NCBI GenBank assembly: GCA_012295275.1
Contig: CM022668.1
Span: forward strand, 10,788,001-10,852,000
Length of the DNA stretch: 64,000 nt
Origin: Chrysomallon squamiferum
Taxonomy: Eukaryota > Animalia > Mollusca
Direction of reading: 5' to 3'
Both the position numbers and the translations under genes were made by a program. Under the pieces are notes generated by a model, which ran no database searches, was not told the origin of the DNA, and saw only the letters and a list, made by a program, of their open reading frames with translations. Shown piece by piece: positions 1 to 22,400 of the stretch. Within the stretch, counting starts at the first letter, position 1, and every line of letters begins with the position of its first letter.

Positions 1-114
1 TCAAGCCTAATTTTAGTCACGCATAATCTACACTTAATCTGTTTAATCATTTCAAAAACATTAAAAAAATAAATAAATAAATAACAATAATAATAATAAT
101 AATAGTAATAATAC

Positions 115-157
<43 letters not shown>

Positions 158-356
158 ACAACAATACGAAAAAAATAGTAATAATAATAATAATAATAAA
201 ATAACAGAAGAACGAAAATGCTCGTTAAAACATTTTTACACGTATGGTGGTTGAGAACTAATCAGCATCCTATGATTGTCAAGTTTTTGGCTTTTCTCTT
301 TACTGCGGTGTCTCATTCTCTGTAGTACCTCATTTCTTCTGACTGGTTTTATCTAG

Positions 357-8377
<8,021 letters not shown>

Positions 8378-8956
8378 GAGAATAATAATAATAATAATAA
8401 TAATGATGATGATGATGATTATAATGATAATTGTAATAGTTGTAACGATGACAATGATGATAGTAATAATAATAATAATGATGATGACGATGACGTTGAT
8501 GACGATGATAATAATAGTGATACTGATAATGATAAAAATAATAATCATAATTAATTTAATAATTACACATTATTATTCAGTCCTGTTCTGTTTATTTTGT
8601 TCCATTTTTTCCAGAGATACAAATAAATATGTAATTATTTTCATTAAACTATTTTATTTTGAAAACTATGTTCTTGTGCTTGCACACACACTCACACTAG
8701 TACACTATTTTAACAATGAGTTGGAGTGTTTGTGCGCGTTAATGATTACCAGATCTTAGTGATAAATCATTTGTACCTGAGATGATCAATGAAAAACACG
8801 TTTGCTGTGTGTTTGTTCTTACTCTTATTGAACAAATTTTCTGTTTTTATATTCTGTTCTTCATTTCTTCTTGTATTCTTCTGCTTCTTTTTATTTATTT
8901 ATTTATTTATTTATTTTTATTTATTTGTTTGTTTTTTATTTCATCTTCTCCTTCAT

Positions 8957-8987
<31 letters not shown>

Positions 8988-9105
8988 TTATTATTATTAT
9001 TTTTATTATTATTTATGTATTAGACATATACAAACACACATACATAGACACCAAAATATTTGTTCTGTTGAAGAGACATATACATCCATACGTGTATATC
9101 TATAC

Positions 9106-9235
<130 letters not shown>

Positions 9236-9752
9236 GCACACAAAAATTAAATAAAGAAAAAGATAAGCAAAAAAATATATATATATTTAGGATATTTTCT
9301 GTTATTAAAAGTTACATACTGTTAGTCATGGAACAATAGTTTCTGCAGATAATAAACTTGAAAAAAAGCGAAATATTTTGACTGACACTGTGTAGCTAAT
9401 ATCTGTTTACCATGAATTAATTCTATTGACGAAGACAATCACTGATTAAAAGTGTTGATGTGTAAATCATGTTTATTATGCCATTAGACACTCCAAGTGC
9501 AAAATCCCACAAACTTTCAATCAATTGGCATGTACCAGTGACCAGTGAACGGTGACCAGTGAATGGGAAAGTAATATGTGATGGTTATGTTACAGTCCGC
9601 GGGAGACCTGTGGAGATGAGTCAAAACAGTGAAGTTTGCTGCATAAAGTACAAAATGTAATACTTTGAAGCTGTTGCATGGAATTACGTCATCATGTGTT
9701 AATCCATCGAAATATGTTAAATGTCATGTAGTAATAATAATAATAATAATAA

Positions 9753-9783
<31 letters not shown>

Positions 9784-9849
9784 AAGAAATAAAAGAACCT
9801 CACCAAAAACCAAAAACAAAAAAAAATATAGCATATACTACAAATATTC

Positions 9850-10770
9850 TGTTCGATTCCATTATGTTCTGTTACGTTCTATTCTATTCTGTTTTATTCT
9901 CTTCCGTTTTGTTACATTCTTTTGTGTTCTGTTGTATTTAATTATAATGTTTTGTTGTACTACATTCAGTTATGTTTTGTTCTGTTTAATTATAATGTTC
10001 TTATATATTACATTCTGTTCTTCTCTGCTCTATTTGTTTATAATGTTCATATTTATTATTTTATGTTCTGTTCTGTTGTATTGAATTATAATGTTATTAC
10101 ATATTATATTCTATTCTGTTCTATTTATTTACAATGTTATTATATTATATATTATGTTGTGTTCTGTTTTATAATGTGCATATATATTACTTGTGTTCTA
10201 TTCTGTTCTATTTAATTATAATGTTCTTATATATTGCGTTATTTTATGTTCTGTTCTGTTTAGTCATACTAGTCTTATATATTACATTCTATTCTTCTCT
10301 GCTAAATTTAATTATAATGTATTTCGTTTCTGTTCTGTTACATTCTGTTCTGTTTTATTCTATTCTCTGATATCGTATTATATTAAAATGTTCTGTTCCA
10401 TTCTTTTTTTTTTCTTTATCTCCTACATTCTCTCCTATTTCATTCTGTCGTATTTTATTATATTTTATTACATATTTAATTGTCTTTCTATTTCTATTAT
10501 CTTCTGTTCTTTTACATTATGTTCCAATTTTTTATGTTCTATTAATTATAATGATATGTTCTATTATCTTCTGTTCTTTTACATTATGTTCCAATTTTAG
10601 TATACTATTCTGTGATGTATTATGTTATTGTGTGTTATGTTTTTTTCTGTTACATTAAGTATTGTTCTATTCCATTCTATTTTGTTCCACTTTGTTCTGT
10701 TCTGTTCTATTCTGTAGTATTCTGCCCTGTTCCATTTCATTTCATTCTACTCTGTTCTGTTTAATTTATT
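9850..10770. repeat. Degenerate (TTCTG/TTCTA)n satellite with ~40-45 bp higher-order unit
   Basis: Recurrent ttctgttctgtttaattataatgttcttatatattaca variants. Confidence 0.8.
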
Positions 10771-10820
10771 TGCATATTTATTGCTATTTCATTATAAAAC
10801 TAAATTATTATTAATTATTA

Positions 10821-10856
<36 letters not shown>

Positions 10857-10955
10857 GTTATTACTATTATTATTATTACTATTTTATTTGTATTTATAAA
10901 TTATTGAATACTACTACTATTACTATTACTACTTCTACTACTGCTGCTACTACTG

Positions 10956-10988
<33 letters not shown>

Positions 10989-11233
10989 ATAATAATAACT
11001 TCATATTTTTCTCCTTTATTTCCTGTCAGTTTAAGGCTGCGTTAACTGGGTCGTACATAAACCTGCCAACCAGAGCAGCGTGTGAATGCGTACATTATCT
11101 ATGTTTAATAGGTTTGTTTGTGTGTGTATATATATATGTATGTATGTGTCTGTGTATGTAACTATATATGTATGTATGGATGTATGTGTGTATGTATGTA
11201 TGTATGTATGTATGTGTTTTCGAATGTTTGTAG

Positions 11234-11327
11234 GAGACAAAAAGCTGTTGGTGAAGAACATGTAGATGTATTAAATGACGCCTTCGACATGAGTGAAGAT
11301 GATGAAGATTTCTACAAACACAGATGA
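11234..11327 (+). CDS. Duplicated terminal cytoplasmic exon (alternative exon or paralogue relic)
   Basis: tgtag|G AGA CAA...RQKAVGEEHVDVLNDAFDMSEDDEDFYKHR-TGA; same phase and same upstream (GTAT)n tract as 8245. Confidence 0.65.
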
Positions 11328-11453
11328 ACGTTAATACTACAAACACAGATATATATAAAAACGGCCACTGCAAAATTAATTGATCAACAGATACTACAGT
11401 ACCTAGATATGTTGGTCCGTACACAGAAACAGACACACGTAAAAACGTAGATG

Positions 11454-11582
<129 letters not shown>

Positions 11583-11732
11583 GGTAACCGTTACCTTACT
11601 GACAGTCATAAATAGTTTTCATTTTTCATTTTTATGTCAACAGCTAGATATCTACCGATTACGTATTTGTTTGCTGTATCATCTTATTTTTAATTTTCCT
11701 CTTTTAAATACTCCTTATTTTTCATTTTATAG

Positions 11733-11910
11733 GAGACAGAATCTTTCATTTATTTATTGAAATTCTGAAATCGGAACGGTATAATGTTCCTAAAAGGTGT
11801 CATTTTCAGGACAGGGGCCTCATCATGAAATTCAAATTATTTAAATGTGTGAGGATAAGGAAGACTGGATATGTTTTAGAACTGTGCGAACATTTATTCT
11901 AGGTATAAAA
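11733..11910 (+). pseudogene. Decayed FTLD B exon
   Basis: atag|GA GAC AGA: GDRIFHLFIEIL...PKRCHFQ...CVRIRKTGYVLELCE; 178 nt versus 210 nt, internal deletion and terminal frameshift; gtaag donor retained. Confidence 0.8.
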
Positions 11911-11971
11911 GTAAGGTCTATCAAATCGGTCATTTATTTTGATTTCTACTACTCTATTATCTCTCTCTATG

Positions 11972-12119
11972 GTTGATGGCTACATTAATCTGAATCAACT
12001 CAGTTAGTCTTCATGTGCTCAAACTAGTACACAGGAACGTAATCCTTGGTGGATGGTGGATTTAGAAGACGATGTCACAGTGATGGCTGTGGGAATCCTG
12101 AACCGTGGCGACTGTTGTG
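11972..12119 (+). pseudogene. Decayed, 5'-truncated FTLD A exon
   Basis: VDGYINLNQLS*SSCAQTSTQERNPWWMVDLEDDVTVMAVGILNRGDCC; TAG at 12005-12007; donor gtatga. Confidence 0.88.
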
Positions 12120-12356
12120 GTATGAAAATATGATTTATGTATAAATCTGTGTTAAAATTGCCACACATTCAGAAATAAGTAAATTATTTCCTAATAGAGT
12201 GTGTCGCAAACATCAATAAATGCAACACCTAATCAAGCCTAATTTTAGTCACGTATAATCTACACTTAATCTGTTTACTAATTTCAAAAACATTATAAAT
12301 AAATAAATAATATTCATGATGGTTATAGTACTACTACTACTAGTAGTAATATATTT

Positions 12357-12869
12357 CTCTGACAACTGCTTTTTAACCACAAAGTCGTGGTTTTCATATT
12401 TTCTCTCGGGACAAACCAAGCGCCAAATTATTAAAAATAATTAAAGAGAAATACAGCTAATTCACTTATTTTAGTAATTTTCAAGGAGTTAATCTCTTAT
12501 TAACTGGATTACTTTGTTTGTTTCATTAGCTGCCTTTCTTTCAATCGATCTATCTGATATTCATGGAATAATATTTTGCAAAAACGGAAATTTGCAGGTG
12601 GACACATTATCAAATGTCATATATGAATGCATTTATAAATAACTAAACAGTATACTAACTCCACTTATTCAAGCTATATTTTCAGTAATCGCTCGTATAA
12701 GAAAAGGAAAGGACCAGTTCGTTCTTATAGTTCTCAAGTGAAACAAGTTTCTATTGATAATGACGTTTGATAACCTTTTGAACTAATTTTCAACGAATTT
12801 GCACGAAAATTATTTTAACTAAACCTGCTTTTCTAAGTTTTTTTTATTTATTTTTTTATTTATTATTAA

Positions 12870-12932
<63 letters not shown>

Positions 12933-13412
12933 CTATGTGTGTGGATGTGATGGTATGTTTAACAGTTAAGTTTTCAAGGAATAAATGTGTTTAAATACAA
13001 ACAAATGCAATGATATCAAACAATTTTGTCGTGCAAACTTATTTTTCAGAAGTACACACGTTTCAGTTTCTAAGTAACTAAACTACTGGTGTATTTATGA
13101 AGTAGAAGGAGGTCAACTTTTTCCTGGACATGGGAATTAGATAAAAAAATATATTTCTTATTTAGAATCAGAATATTCCTTATCACAATAAGAAATCATT
13201 ATTTACTGGCTTATATGGATGTGCTTAATAGTTTGAATAGAGTAAATATGAGAAACGAGGTAAAATTTACAATACTATATTGTCACATATACTCGGAATC
13301 TGCTATTAGCGCAGTAAGATTTTCTGTATGAGGGGAAGGACGAATTATTTCATTACTACTTTATTCTTCTTTTCTTCTTTTGCTATGCTGCGCTCACGGA
13401 AAGTGACTGAGC

Positions 13413-13459
<47 letters not shown>

Positions 13460-14169
13460 AAAAATAAATACACATACTACCTCCTATTGGCCATATTCTT
13501 AGTACTAACACGCTGTTTCGGAGAAATACTCTTACCTCCTTACACTAAACAACAATCCTTGTTATATTTGTCGTCAAGGACACATGATAAACTCACTTTG
13601 TGCTCTTTTGAAATTCGTTTTGTGATTTTATTACGCTGTGTAAAACATAATATATGGATTCGACAAGACGTTTCAAATTTATTTAAATTGTAAATGACGA
13701 ATTATGAAATATTTCAGGTAATATAAAAACACTTGAAGTCGATAAAGAAAACCTACAAGTGGAATTTCCTTTCTTCTACTTTGTTTTTGTTAGGTTTTTA
13801 ATTTATTCTATAACACTGTCTCACTGTGAAATATTTCACAGCACTTAAATGACAAAAAATATCACTTAATTTTTATTTCTCATTTTTTATAAACTAAAAT
13901 TACTCGAGGATGTTATTTCATTATGTATAAATGTGTTTGTAGATGCATATGCAGATATTCTGATATAGAGATCGATAGACAGATAGGCAGATAGTGAAAC
14001 TTACAGCTGACGGAACAATCCAGTTAACTCTTTGAAAAATACATTAATACATGAAATAGTCGTAGAGCCCACTTCTCCATAATTAGTTCTAAATTTTATT
14101 CTTTGGATGTCCTGAGAGAAAATATGAATACCATGGATATTTGACGTTCCTAGCGCTGAAAAGCAGTTT
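12357..14169. mobile_element. Putative non-autonomous DNA transposon with ~60-bp degenerate TIRs
   Basis: aactgctttt...gtggttttcatattttctctcgggacaaaccaa (12364-12419) versus ttggatgtcctgagagaaaatatgaataccatgg...aaaagcagtt (14103-14168); taatatattt on both flanks (12347, 14170). Confidence 0.5.
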
Positions 14170-14412
14170 TAATATATTTGTTCAAAGTCAAAGAAACCCA
14201 GTGATATCTAATACATTTGTCGTACAAATATATTTTTGTCAAATACACAAGGTTCAGTTTCAAAGAAACTAAATTACTCATCTTTTTATCAAACAGAGGG
14301 AGTTCAGACCTTACAAGAAGTCCATGTTAAATGTGTTTTATTTTACACTATATGTAGTTCTTATGCATCGATGGTTGAAGTAATATACAGATCTTATATT
14401 GATATGATAAAA

Positions 14413-14700
14413 CAACATATTCATTGCATTATTATTTTAAATTTAATTTAAAACCCGCTATGTACATATGACTTCAACGTATTAATATCAGCTACGTCAC
14501 ACTTGGTATTATAAAATAACACATTCATTACATCATTATTTTAATTTTAATTTAAGTCCCGCAATGTACATATGACTTCGGTGTAAAAATATCAGTTATA
14601 TCACACTTGGTTTTTAAAATAACATATTCATAACATCATTATTTTAATTTTAATTTAAGTCCCGCAATGTACATATGACTTCAATGTATTAATATCTGTT
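14413..14700 (+). repeat. Three ~104-bp tandem repeats at array left edge
   Basis: aacatattcatt...atttaa..cccgc.atgtacatatgacttc...cacacttggt repeated near 14413, 14518, 14621. Confidence 0.8.
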
Positions 14701-16284
14701 ATATCTCTCTCTGTTTGCTCGTTGTTATTTAGAGACATTACACATCGATAGTTAATAAACCTCTTGACCGATAAAGGGAAATGAGCTGTTTCCTCAACAC
14801 TTATATAAAGCAGCAACGAGTACTGTGCTGTATTTGTCGTAAATAGGCTTTCATAAAGTAATTCTTTAGTGAACAGCCCAAACTGAATGTTTAGAACGTT
14901 ATTAACTTTAGAAAAAGACAAACTACGGATTCGGATAAGACATTTTAAATTTCATTTTATTCTAATAAATAAATTAATTTATCTATTAATTAATAACAAA
15001 ATAATTGATCATGAAGAAAACATCTGAAGTCAATAAAGAAGGTATTAGTGGTGTTTATATTCTTCTTTCTTAATTTTGAAAGTTATTATTTTTAGAAAGC
15101 TCATAATGAAACATTTAAGAACACATATATACAATCTTTTTCTTTTCCTGTCTTAGTGTTAAATGTCATAACTATGTGCGCGTCGGTGAAATTAATTTAT
15201 AGGAGTCTTCCTTGATACGACACACGCTAAGGGTGACTAAATCTACATAACAAAGAGATGATCGGTCAGTTTATGCGAAATGTTGACGCACAGACAGGGC
15301 TGAATGGGTTGGGGGTCACCCACCAATTTTAAGGTCAAAACTGTTAAAAATGAAATGCGAGAAACGTATGCAAATGTACATTTGTTTACGTATTCACTTG
15401 TCACTTCTCGATACAAACTGTTCTGTAGTTAGGTTTTTTCTGCTCTTAAACGTATTAACAATTACCTGTGATCCAGTCTCAAAGATGAGAAGCTCAGTCA
15501 TTTAACATCATTTAATGTAGAATCGCTCGTTCTGTGGAAATTAAATTTTAACAATGTTTTGAATCAGCCTGTTGAAACATTAAGGAGTAAACACTTTATG
15601 TACCTATTTAGGAATATATATGTTTGATTTTACAATGTATTGCTCGAATCATTAGTATTGCTTTGCTTCATGCTAATTAAGAATTGTCTAAAAAGATAAT
15701 ACTATTTTCTTTGTTATTCCATTAATTACTTCATTTGTAATATTATTGCAATACATTGTACGAATGGAGAGATTGCAATTGGCGAGGCGGGGTGTTGGGA
15801 AATGTCGAGGGCCCCCAGAAAAGCTCGAAATGTAAATGGCCTCACTTTGGGATAAAAAGAAACAAAAGAAAAAAAAAACTTTTTGTAAAGTACGTCAATA
15901 ACTGAACTAGTAGTACTTTTCCGTAATTTTTAAAACTAAGTGTAAAGGCCCCACATTCGGTTAATACTGCACTTCATCTTCGAAACTTTTATCTCAAGCA
16001 AAAGCAAGTACTGTGTTGTATTTGTCGTCAAGCGGATATCAGAAGTTAATTATGCGGCTAACAGTCCTAACTCAGTTCAGTTCGGGGATTTTATTAACCT
16101 GCAGAAAGGACAAAATGTGGCTTAGGGAAAGATGTTATAAATTTGTAATAAATAAATTAAATAATTAATAAAAACTAATTTAACATGAAGAAACAACTTA
16201 TAGCCTATTAGGAGTTTGATTTTCTTCTTTCCTAATTTCGAATCTGATTAGAAGGAATATTATTTGAATTAATGTTTCATTCAT

Positions 16285-16335
<51 letters not shown>

Positions 16336-16402
16336 TTATTATTATAATTATTATTATTGTTTTATTACATTACTACTACTGCTACTACTTGTACTACTAT
16401 TA

Positions 16403-16441
<39 letters not shown>

Positions 16442-19400
16442 TTGTTTTGTGTATGTGTACTTTGGTATATTTAAGAATCACATACGGACATTACAAGTAA
16501 TATATTAGTTCAAAGTCAAACAAATGCACTGATATCTAATACATTTGTCTAAACACTTATTTTTCTCAGTTATAAACGATTCAGTTTCCAAGTCTGTAAA
16601 TTACTCATGTATTTATGAAACAGAGTGAGTTTAGCCATTACAAAAAGTCCATGTTAAATGTGTTGTATGTTATACTACATGCTGTCCATATGCATGCATG
16701 CTTAAAGTAATATACAGATCTAAAATTACTATGATAAAATAACATATTTAATACATCATTATTTTAATTTTAATTTAAAACCCGCAATATACATATGAAT
16801 TCAAAGTATTAATAGCTGTTATGTCACGTTTCTTTTTCGCGTTGTTATTTAGAAACATTACACACGCCAGATAGTTAATATAGATGTTCACCGATTAAAG
16901 GGAAGCGGGTCATCAGAAACACGAGTTTTCGGTGAAATACGTTTTATTCAGGAACGGAGCTGTTTCATCAGCACTTTGAAAATCGCGGGAAGGGGCCAGT
17001 CCTTCTATAAAGCAACAACGAGTAATGTGATGTATTTGTCGTGAAGCGGCAACCAGAAATTCATTTTGCGGCTAAGAGACCTAAGAGAAAGACAATTATG
17101 AGACTGTATTAACCTTAACGGAAAGGACACAATATGGATTCCTGAAAAATGTTATTAATTTGTAATAAATTAATTTAACACGAAGAAAATACTTGTAGTT
17201 GAAAAAAAAGGAAGTTAGTGAAGGTTGGTTTCTTCTTTCTTAATTTTAAAACTGCTTTAGATAAATATTATTTGAAAAGATATTTTAAATATTTATTTAT
17301 TTATTATTATTATTGTTATTATTATTAGTGTTGTTGTTGTTGTTGTTGTTGTTGTTATTATTAATATTATTCTTACTAGTACTACTATTACTACTACTAC
17401 CACTAATTATTATTATTATTTTTTATTTGTATTACTTTGTGTGTGTCTCTGTGTATGTGTATTTTTTTAATTATCTTTGACAATCTAAAACAAAAATTTC
17501 AAAACTTTACATTTGCTCAAAGCCAAACAAACACAGTGATATATGATACATTTGTCCAAAAAACCTGTCTTTTCAATTACACTTTTCAGTTTCAAAGTAA
17601 CCAAATTACTTATGTATTTATGAAACAGAGAAAGTTCAACCATTAGAAAAAGTCAAGGTAAATGTGTTGTGTTTTATACTGTATGTTCTTCTTGTAAAAT
17701 AACATTTTCATTACATCATTATTTTAATTTTAATTTAAAACCCGCAGTGTACATGTGAATTCAAAGTATTAATAGCTGTTATGTCACGTTTGTTTTTCGT
17801 TTGTTATTTAGAGACATTACACACGTCAGATACTTAATATAGATGTTCACCGATTAAAGTGAAGCGGGTCATCAGAAACACGAGTTTTCGGGGAAATACG
17901 TTTACTGAGGAACGGAGCCGTTTCACCAGCACTTATATAAAGCAGCAACGAGTACTGTGCTGTATTTGTCGGAAAGAGGCTTTCACAAAGCAATTCGTTA
18001 GTGAACAGCACGAGCTGAATTCAGTTTTAGAACTTTATAAACTTTAGGAAAGGACAAACTATGGACTCGGGTAATGTATTTTAAATTTAATTAAGTTGTA
18101 ATAAATAAATTAGTTAATCAGATGATCAACTTTAAGTATTTTGTTCATGCTAAATTATTAATTATTAATTAATTAATTAATTCATAATTACCAAGAAGAA
18201 AATGCTTCAAGTTAAGAAAGAGTGTATTTGTGGAGTGAACAATCTTTTTTTTTAATTTTTGAATTTTTTTTTTTTTTTTTAGAAAGTTCATAATGAAGTA
18301 TTTTACAACAATATATCCAAACTTTTTCCATTTTTTTTCTCTTTGTGTTAACCGTCATAACTATGTGCACGGCAACCGATCCTATGAAATTAACTTACCG
18401 GAATCCCATTTGATGCGATAGTCGTTGAGGATGAATTAATCTCCATAATAAAGAAATTATCCATCAGTTTATGGTAAATTTTGATGCACAGTGAGGGCCG
18501 AGCTGGTTGGGATGAAAGGGTTGGGGTCACCCACCAATTTTAATTTATCACTTTGACAAAACTGTTAAAAATGAATTGCGAGAAACTTTTCCAAATGTAA
18601 ATTTGTTTACCTATTTACGTGTCACTTCTCGATACAAACTGTTATGTAGTTAGGTTTCTTCCGCTATTAAACGTGTTAACAATTACCTGTTATCCAGTCT
18701 CAAAGATGAGAAGCTCAGCAGTTTAACATTAGTGAATATAGAATCGTTCGTACGGTGGAAATTAAATTTTAATAATATTTTGAATCAGCCTATTGAAACA
18801 TTAAGGAAAAAAAACATTTTATGTAATTAGATATCTATTTAGGAATATATATGTTTGATTTTAAAATACATTTCTCGTATTTTTAGTACTGCCTTGCTTC
18901 GTATTAATTAAAGATTTTCTGAAAAGATGATAATATATTCTTTGTTATTCCATTAATTACTTCATTTGTAATATTTGTGCAATACATTGTATGAAAAGAT
19001 AGATTCCAATTCGCTAGAAGGGGCGCTGGGAAATGTCGAGGGCCCCCAAAAAGCTCGAAGTGTAAAGGCCTCACCTTGGGTTTAAAAATATATAAAAAAT
19101 CTTTTTTTCTGAAGCACATCAATAACTTAATTCGTAGTATTTTCCGTAATTAGTTTTAAACTAAGTGTAAAGGCCCCACATTCGGTTAATACTGCACTTT
19201 ATCTACCAAACTTTTATGTGAGGCAAGAACGAGTAGTGTGCTGTATTTGTCACCAAAAGCATATCAGAAATTAATTATTATTATTATTACTACTACTACT
19301 ACTACTATTATTATTATTATTATTTGTATTATTGTTACTGTTATTACTTCTACTACTACTATTAATTACTAAAGCTAAACAAATGCAGTGATATATAATA

Positions 19401-22400
19401 CATTTCTGTATAACTTGTACTTCTCAATTACATACCTTTCAGTTTCAATATGTGACTTAGTAGTACATTTCCGTATTTATTTTTAAACTAAGTATAGAGG
19501 CCCCGTTTTCCGTGAGTACCGCACAGTATCTTCAGTTAATATTTCATTTATTTATTTATTTGTTTATTTATTTATTGATTTATTACATTTATCTATCACT
19601 GCTACTACTTTTATTACTACTGCTAATTATTATTATTATTATTATTATGTTCATTATTTTGTGTGTGACTCTATATATGCGTATGCCGGTATGTCTGAGA
19701 GTCTAATAACTACAATTCAAGTAATACATTTGTACAAAGAGAAACAAATGCACTGACATCTAATACATTTGTCTAAAAACTTATTTTTGTCAATTATACA
19801 CGATTCAGTTTCCAAGCCTCTAAATTACTCCTGTATTTATGAAAAAAAGGGAGCTCAGCCATTACAAAAAGATCATGTTAAATGTGTTGTATGTTATACT
19901 ACATGCGGTCCATATGCATGCATGCTTAAAGTAATATACAGATCTAAAATTACTATGATAAAATAACATATTTAATACATCATTATTTTAATTTTAATTT
20001 AAAACCCGCAATATACATATGAATTCAAAGTATTAATAGCTGTTATGTCACGTTTCTTTTTCGCGTTGTTATTTAGAAACATTACACACGCCAGATAGTT
20101 AATATAGATGTTCACCGATTAAAGGGAAGCGGGTCATCAGAAACACGAGTTTTCGGTGAAATACGTTTTATTCAGGAACGGAGCTGTTTCATCAGCACTT
20201 TGAAAATCGCGGGAAGGGGCCAGTCCTTCTATAAAGCAACAACGAGTAATGTGATGTATTTGTCGTGAAGCGGCAACCAGAAATTCATTTTGCGGCTAAG
20301 AGACCTAAGAGAATTCAATTATGAGACTGTATTAACCTGCGGAAAGGACACAATATGGATTCCTGAAAAATGTTATTAATTTGTAATAAATTAATTTAAC
20401 ACGAAGAAAATACTTGTAGTTGAAAAAAAGGAAATTAGTGAAGGTTGGTTTCTTCTTTCTTAATTTTAAAACTGCTTTAGATAAATATTATTTGAAAAGA
20501 TATTTTAAATATTTATTTATTTATTATTATTATTGTTATTATTATTAGTGTTGTTGTTGTTGTTGTTGTTATTATTAATATTATTCTTACTAGTACTACT
20601 ATTACTACTACTACCACTAATTATTATTATTATTTTTATTTGTATTACTTTGTGTGTGTCTCTGTGTATGTGTATTTTCTTATCTTTGACAATCTAAAAC
20701 AAAAATTTCAAGTAATACATTTGCTCAAAGCCAAACAAACACAGTGATATATGATACATTTGTCCAAAAAACCTGTCTTTTCAATTACACTTTTCAGTTT
20801 CAAAGTAACCAAATTACTTATGTATTTATGAAACAGAGAAAGTTCAGCCATTAGAAAAAGTCAAGGTAAATGTGTTGTGTTTTATACTGTATGTTCTTCT
20901 TGTAAAATAACATTTTCATTACATCATTATTTTAATTTTAATTTAAAACCCGCAGTGTACATGTGAATTCAAAGTATTAATAGCTGTTATGTCACGTTTG
21001 TTTTTCGCGTTGTTATTTAGAGACATTACACACGTCAGATACTTAATATAGATGTTCACCGATTAAAGTGAAGCGGGTCATCAGAAACACGAGTTTTCGG
21101 GGAAATACGTTTACTGAGGAACGGAGCCGTTTCACCAGCACTTATATAAAGCAGCAACGAGTACTGTGCTGTATTTGTCGGAAAGAGGCTTTCACAAAGC
21201 AATTCGTTAGTGAACAGCACGAGCTGAATTCAGTTTTAGAACTTTATAAACTTTAGGAAAGGACAAACTATGGACTCGGGTAATGTATTTTAAATTTAAT
21301 TAAGTTGTAATAAATAAATTAGTTAATCAGATGATCAACTTTAAGTATTTTGTTCATGCTAAATTATTAATTATTAATTAATTAATTCATAATTACCAAG
21401 AAGAAAATGCTTCAAGTTAAGAAAGAGTGTATTTGTGGAGTGAACAATCTTTTTTCTTAATTTTGAATTTTTTTTTTTTTTTTTAGAAAGTTCATAATGA
21501 AGTATTTTACAACAATATATCCAAACTTTTTCCATTTTTTTCTCTTTGTGTTAACCGTCATAACTATGTGCACGGCAACCGATCCTATGAAATTAACTTA
21601 CCGGAATCCCATTTGATGCGATAGTCGTTGAGGATGAATTAATCTCCATAATAAAGAAATTATCCATCAGTTTATGGTAAATTTTGATGCACAGTGAGGG
21701 CCGAGCTGGTTGGGATGAAAGGGTTGGGGTCACCCACCAATTTTAATTTATCACTTTGACAAAACTGTTAAAAATGAATTGCGAGAAACTTTTCCAAATG
21801 TAAATTTGTTTACCTATTTACGTGTCACTTCTCGATACAAACTGTTATGTAGTTAGGTTTCTTCCGCTATTAAACGTGTTAACAATTACCTGTTATCCAG
21901 TCTCAAAGATGAGAAGCTCAGCAGTTTAACATTAGTGAATATAGAATCGTTCGTACGGTGGAAATTAAATTTTAATAATATTTTGAATCAGCCTATTGAA
22001 ACATTAAGGAAAAAAACATTTTATGTAATTAGATATCTATTTAGGAATATATATGTTTGATTTTAAAATACATTTCTCGTATTTTTAGTACTGCCTTGCT
22101 TCGTATTAATTAAAGATTTTCTGAAAAGATGATAATATATTCTTTGTTATTCCATTAATTACTTCATTTGTAATATTTGTGCAATACATTGTATGAAAAG
22201 ATAGATTCCAATTCGCTAGAAGGGGCGCTGGGAAATGTCGAGGGCCCCCAAAAAGCTCGAAGTGTAAAGGCCTCACCTTGGGTTTAAAAATATATAAAAA
22301 ATCTTTTTTTCTGAAGCACATCAATAACTTAATTCGTAGTATTTTCCGTAATTAGTTTTAAACTAAGTGTAAAGGCCCCACATTCGGTTAATACTGCACT

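Noticed and set aside
11030-11111. Possible exon before the duplicated tail (FKAALTGSYINLPTRAACEC)
   Set aside because: Not hydrophobic, no similarity to the TM exon, phase incompatible with 11234.
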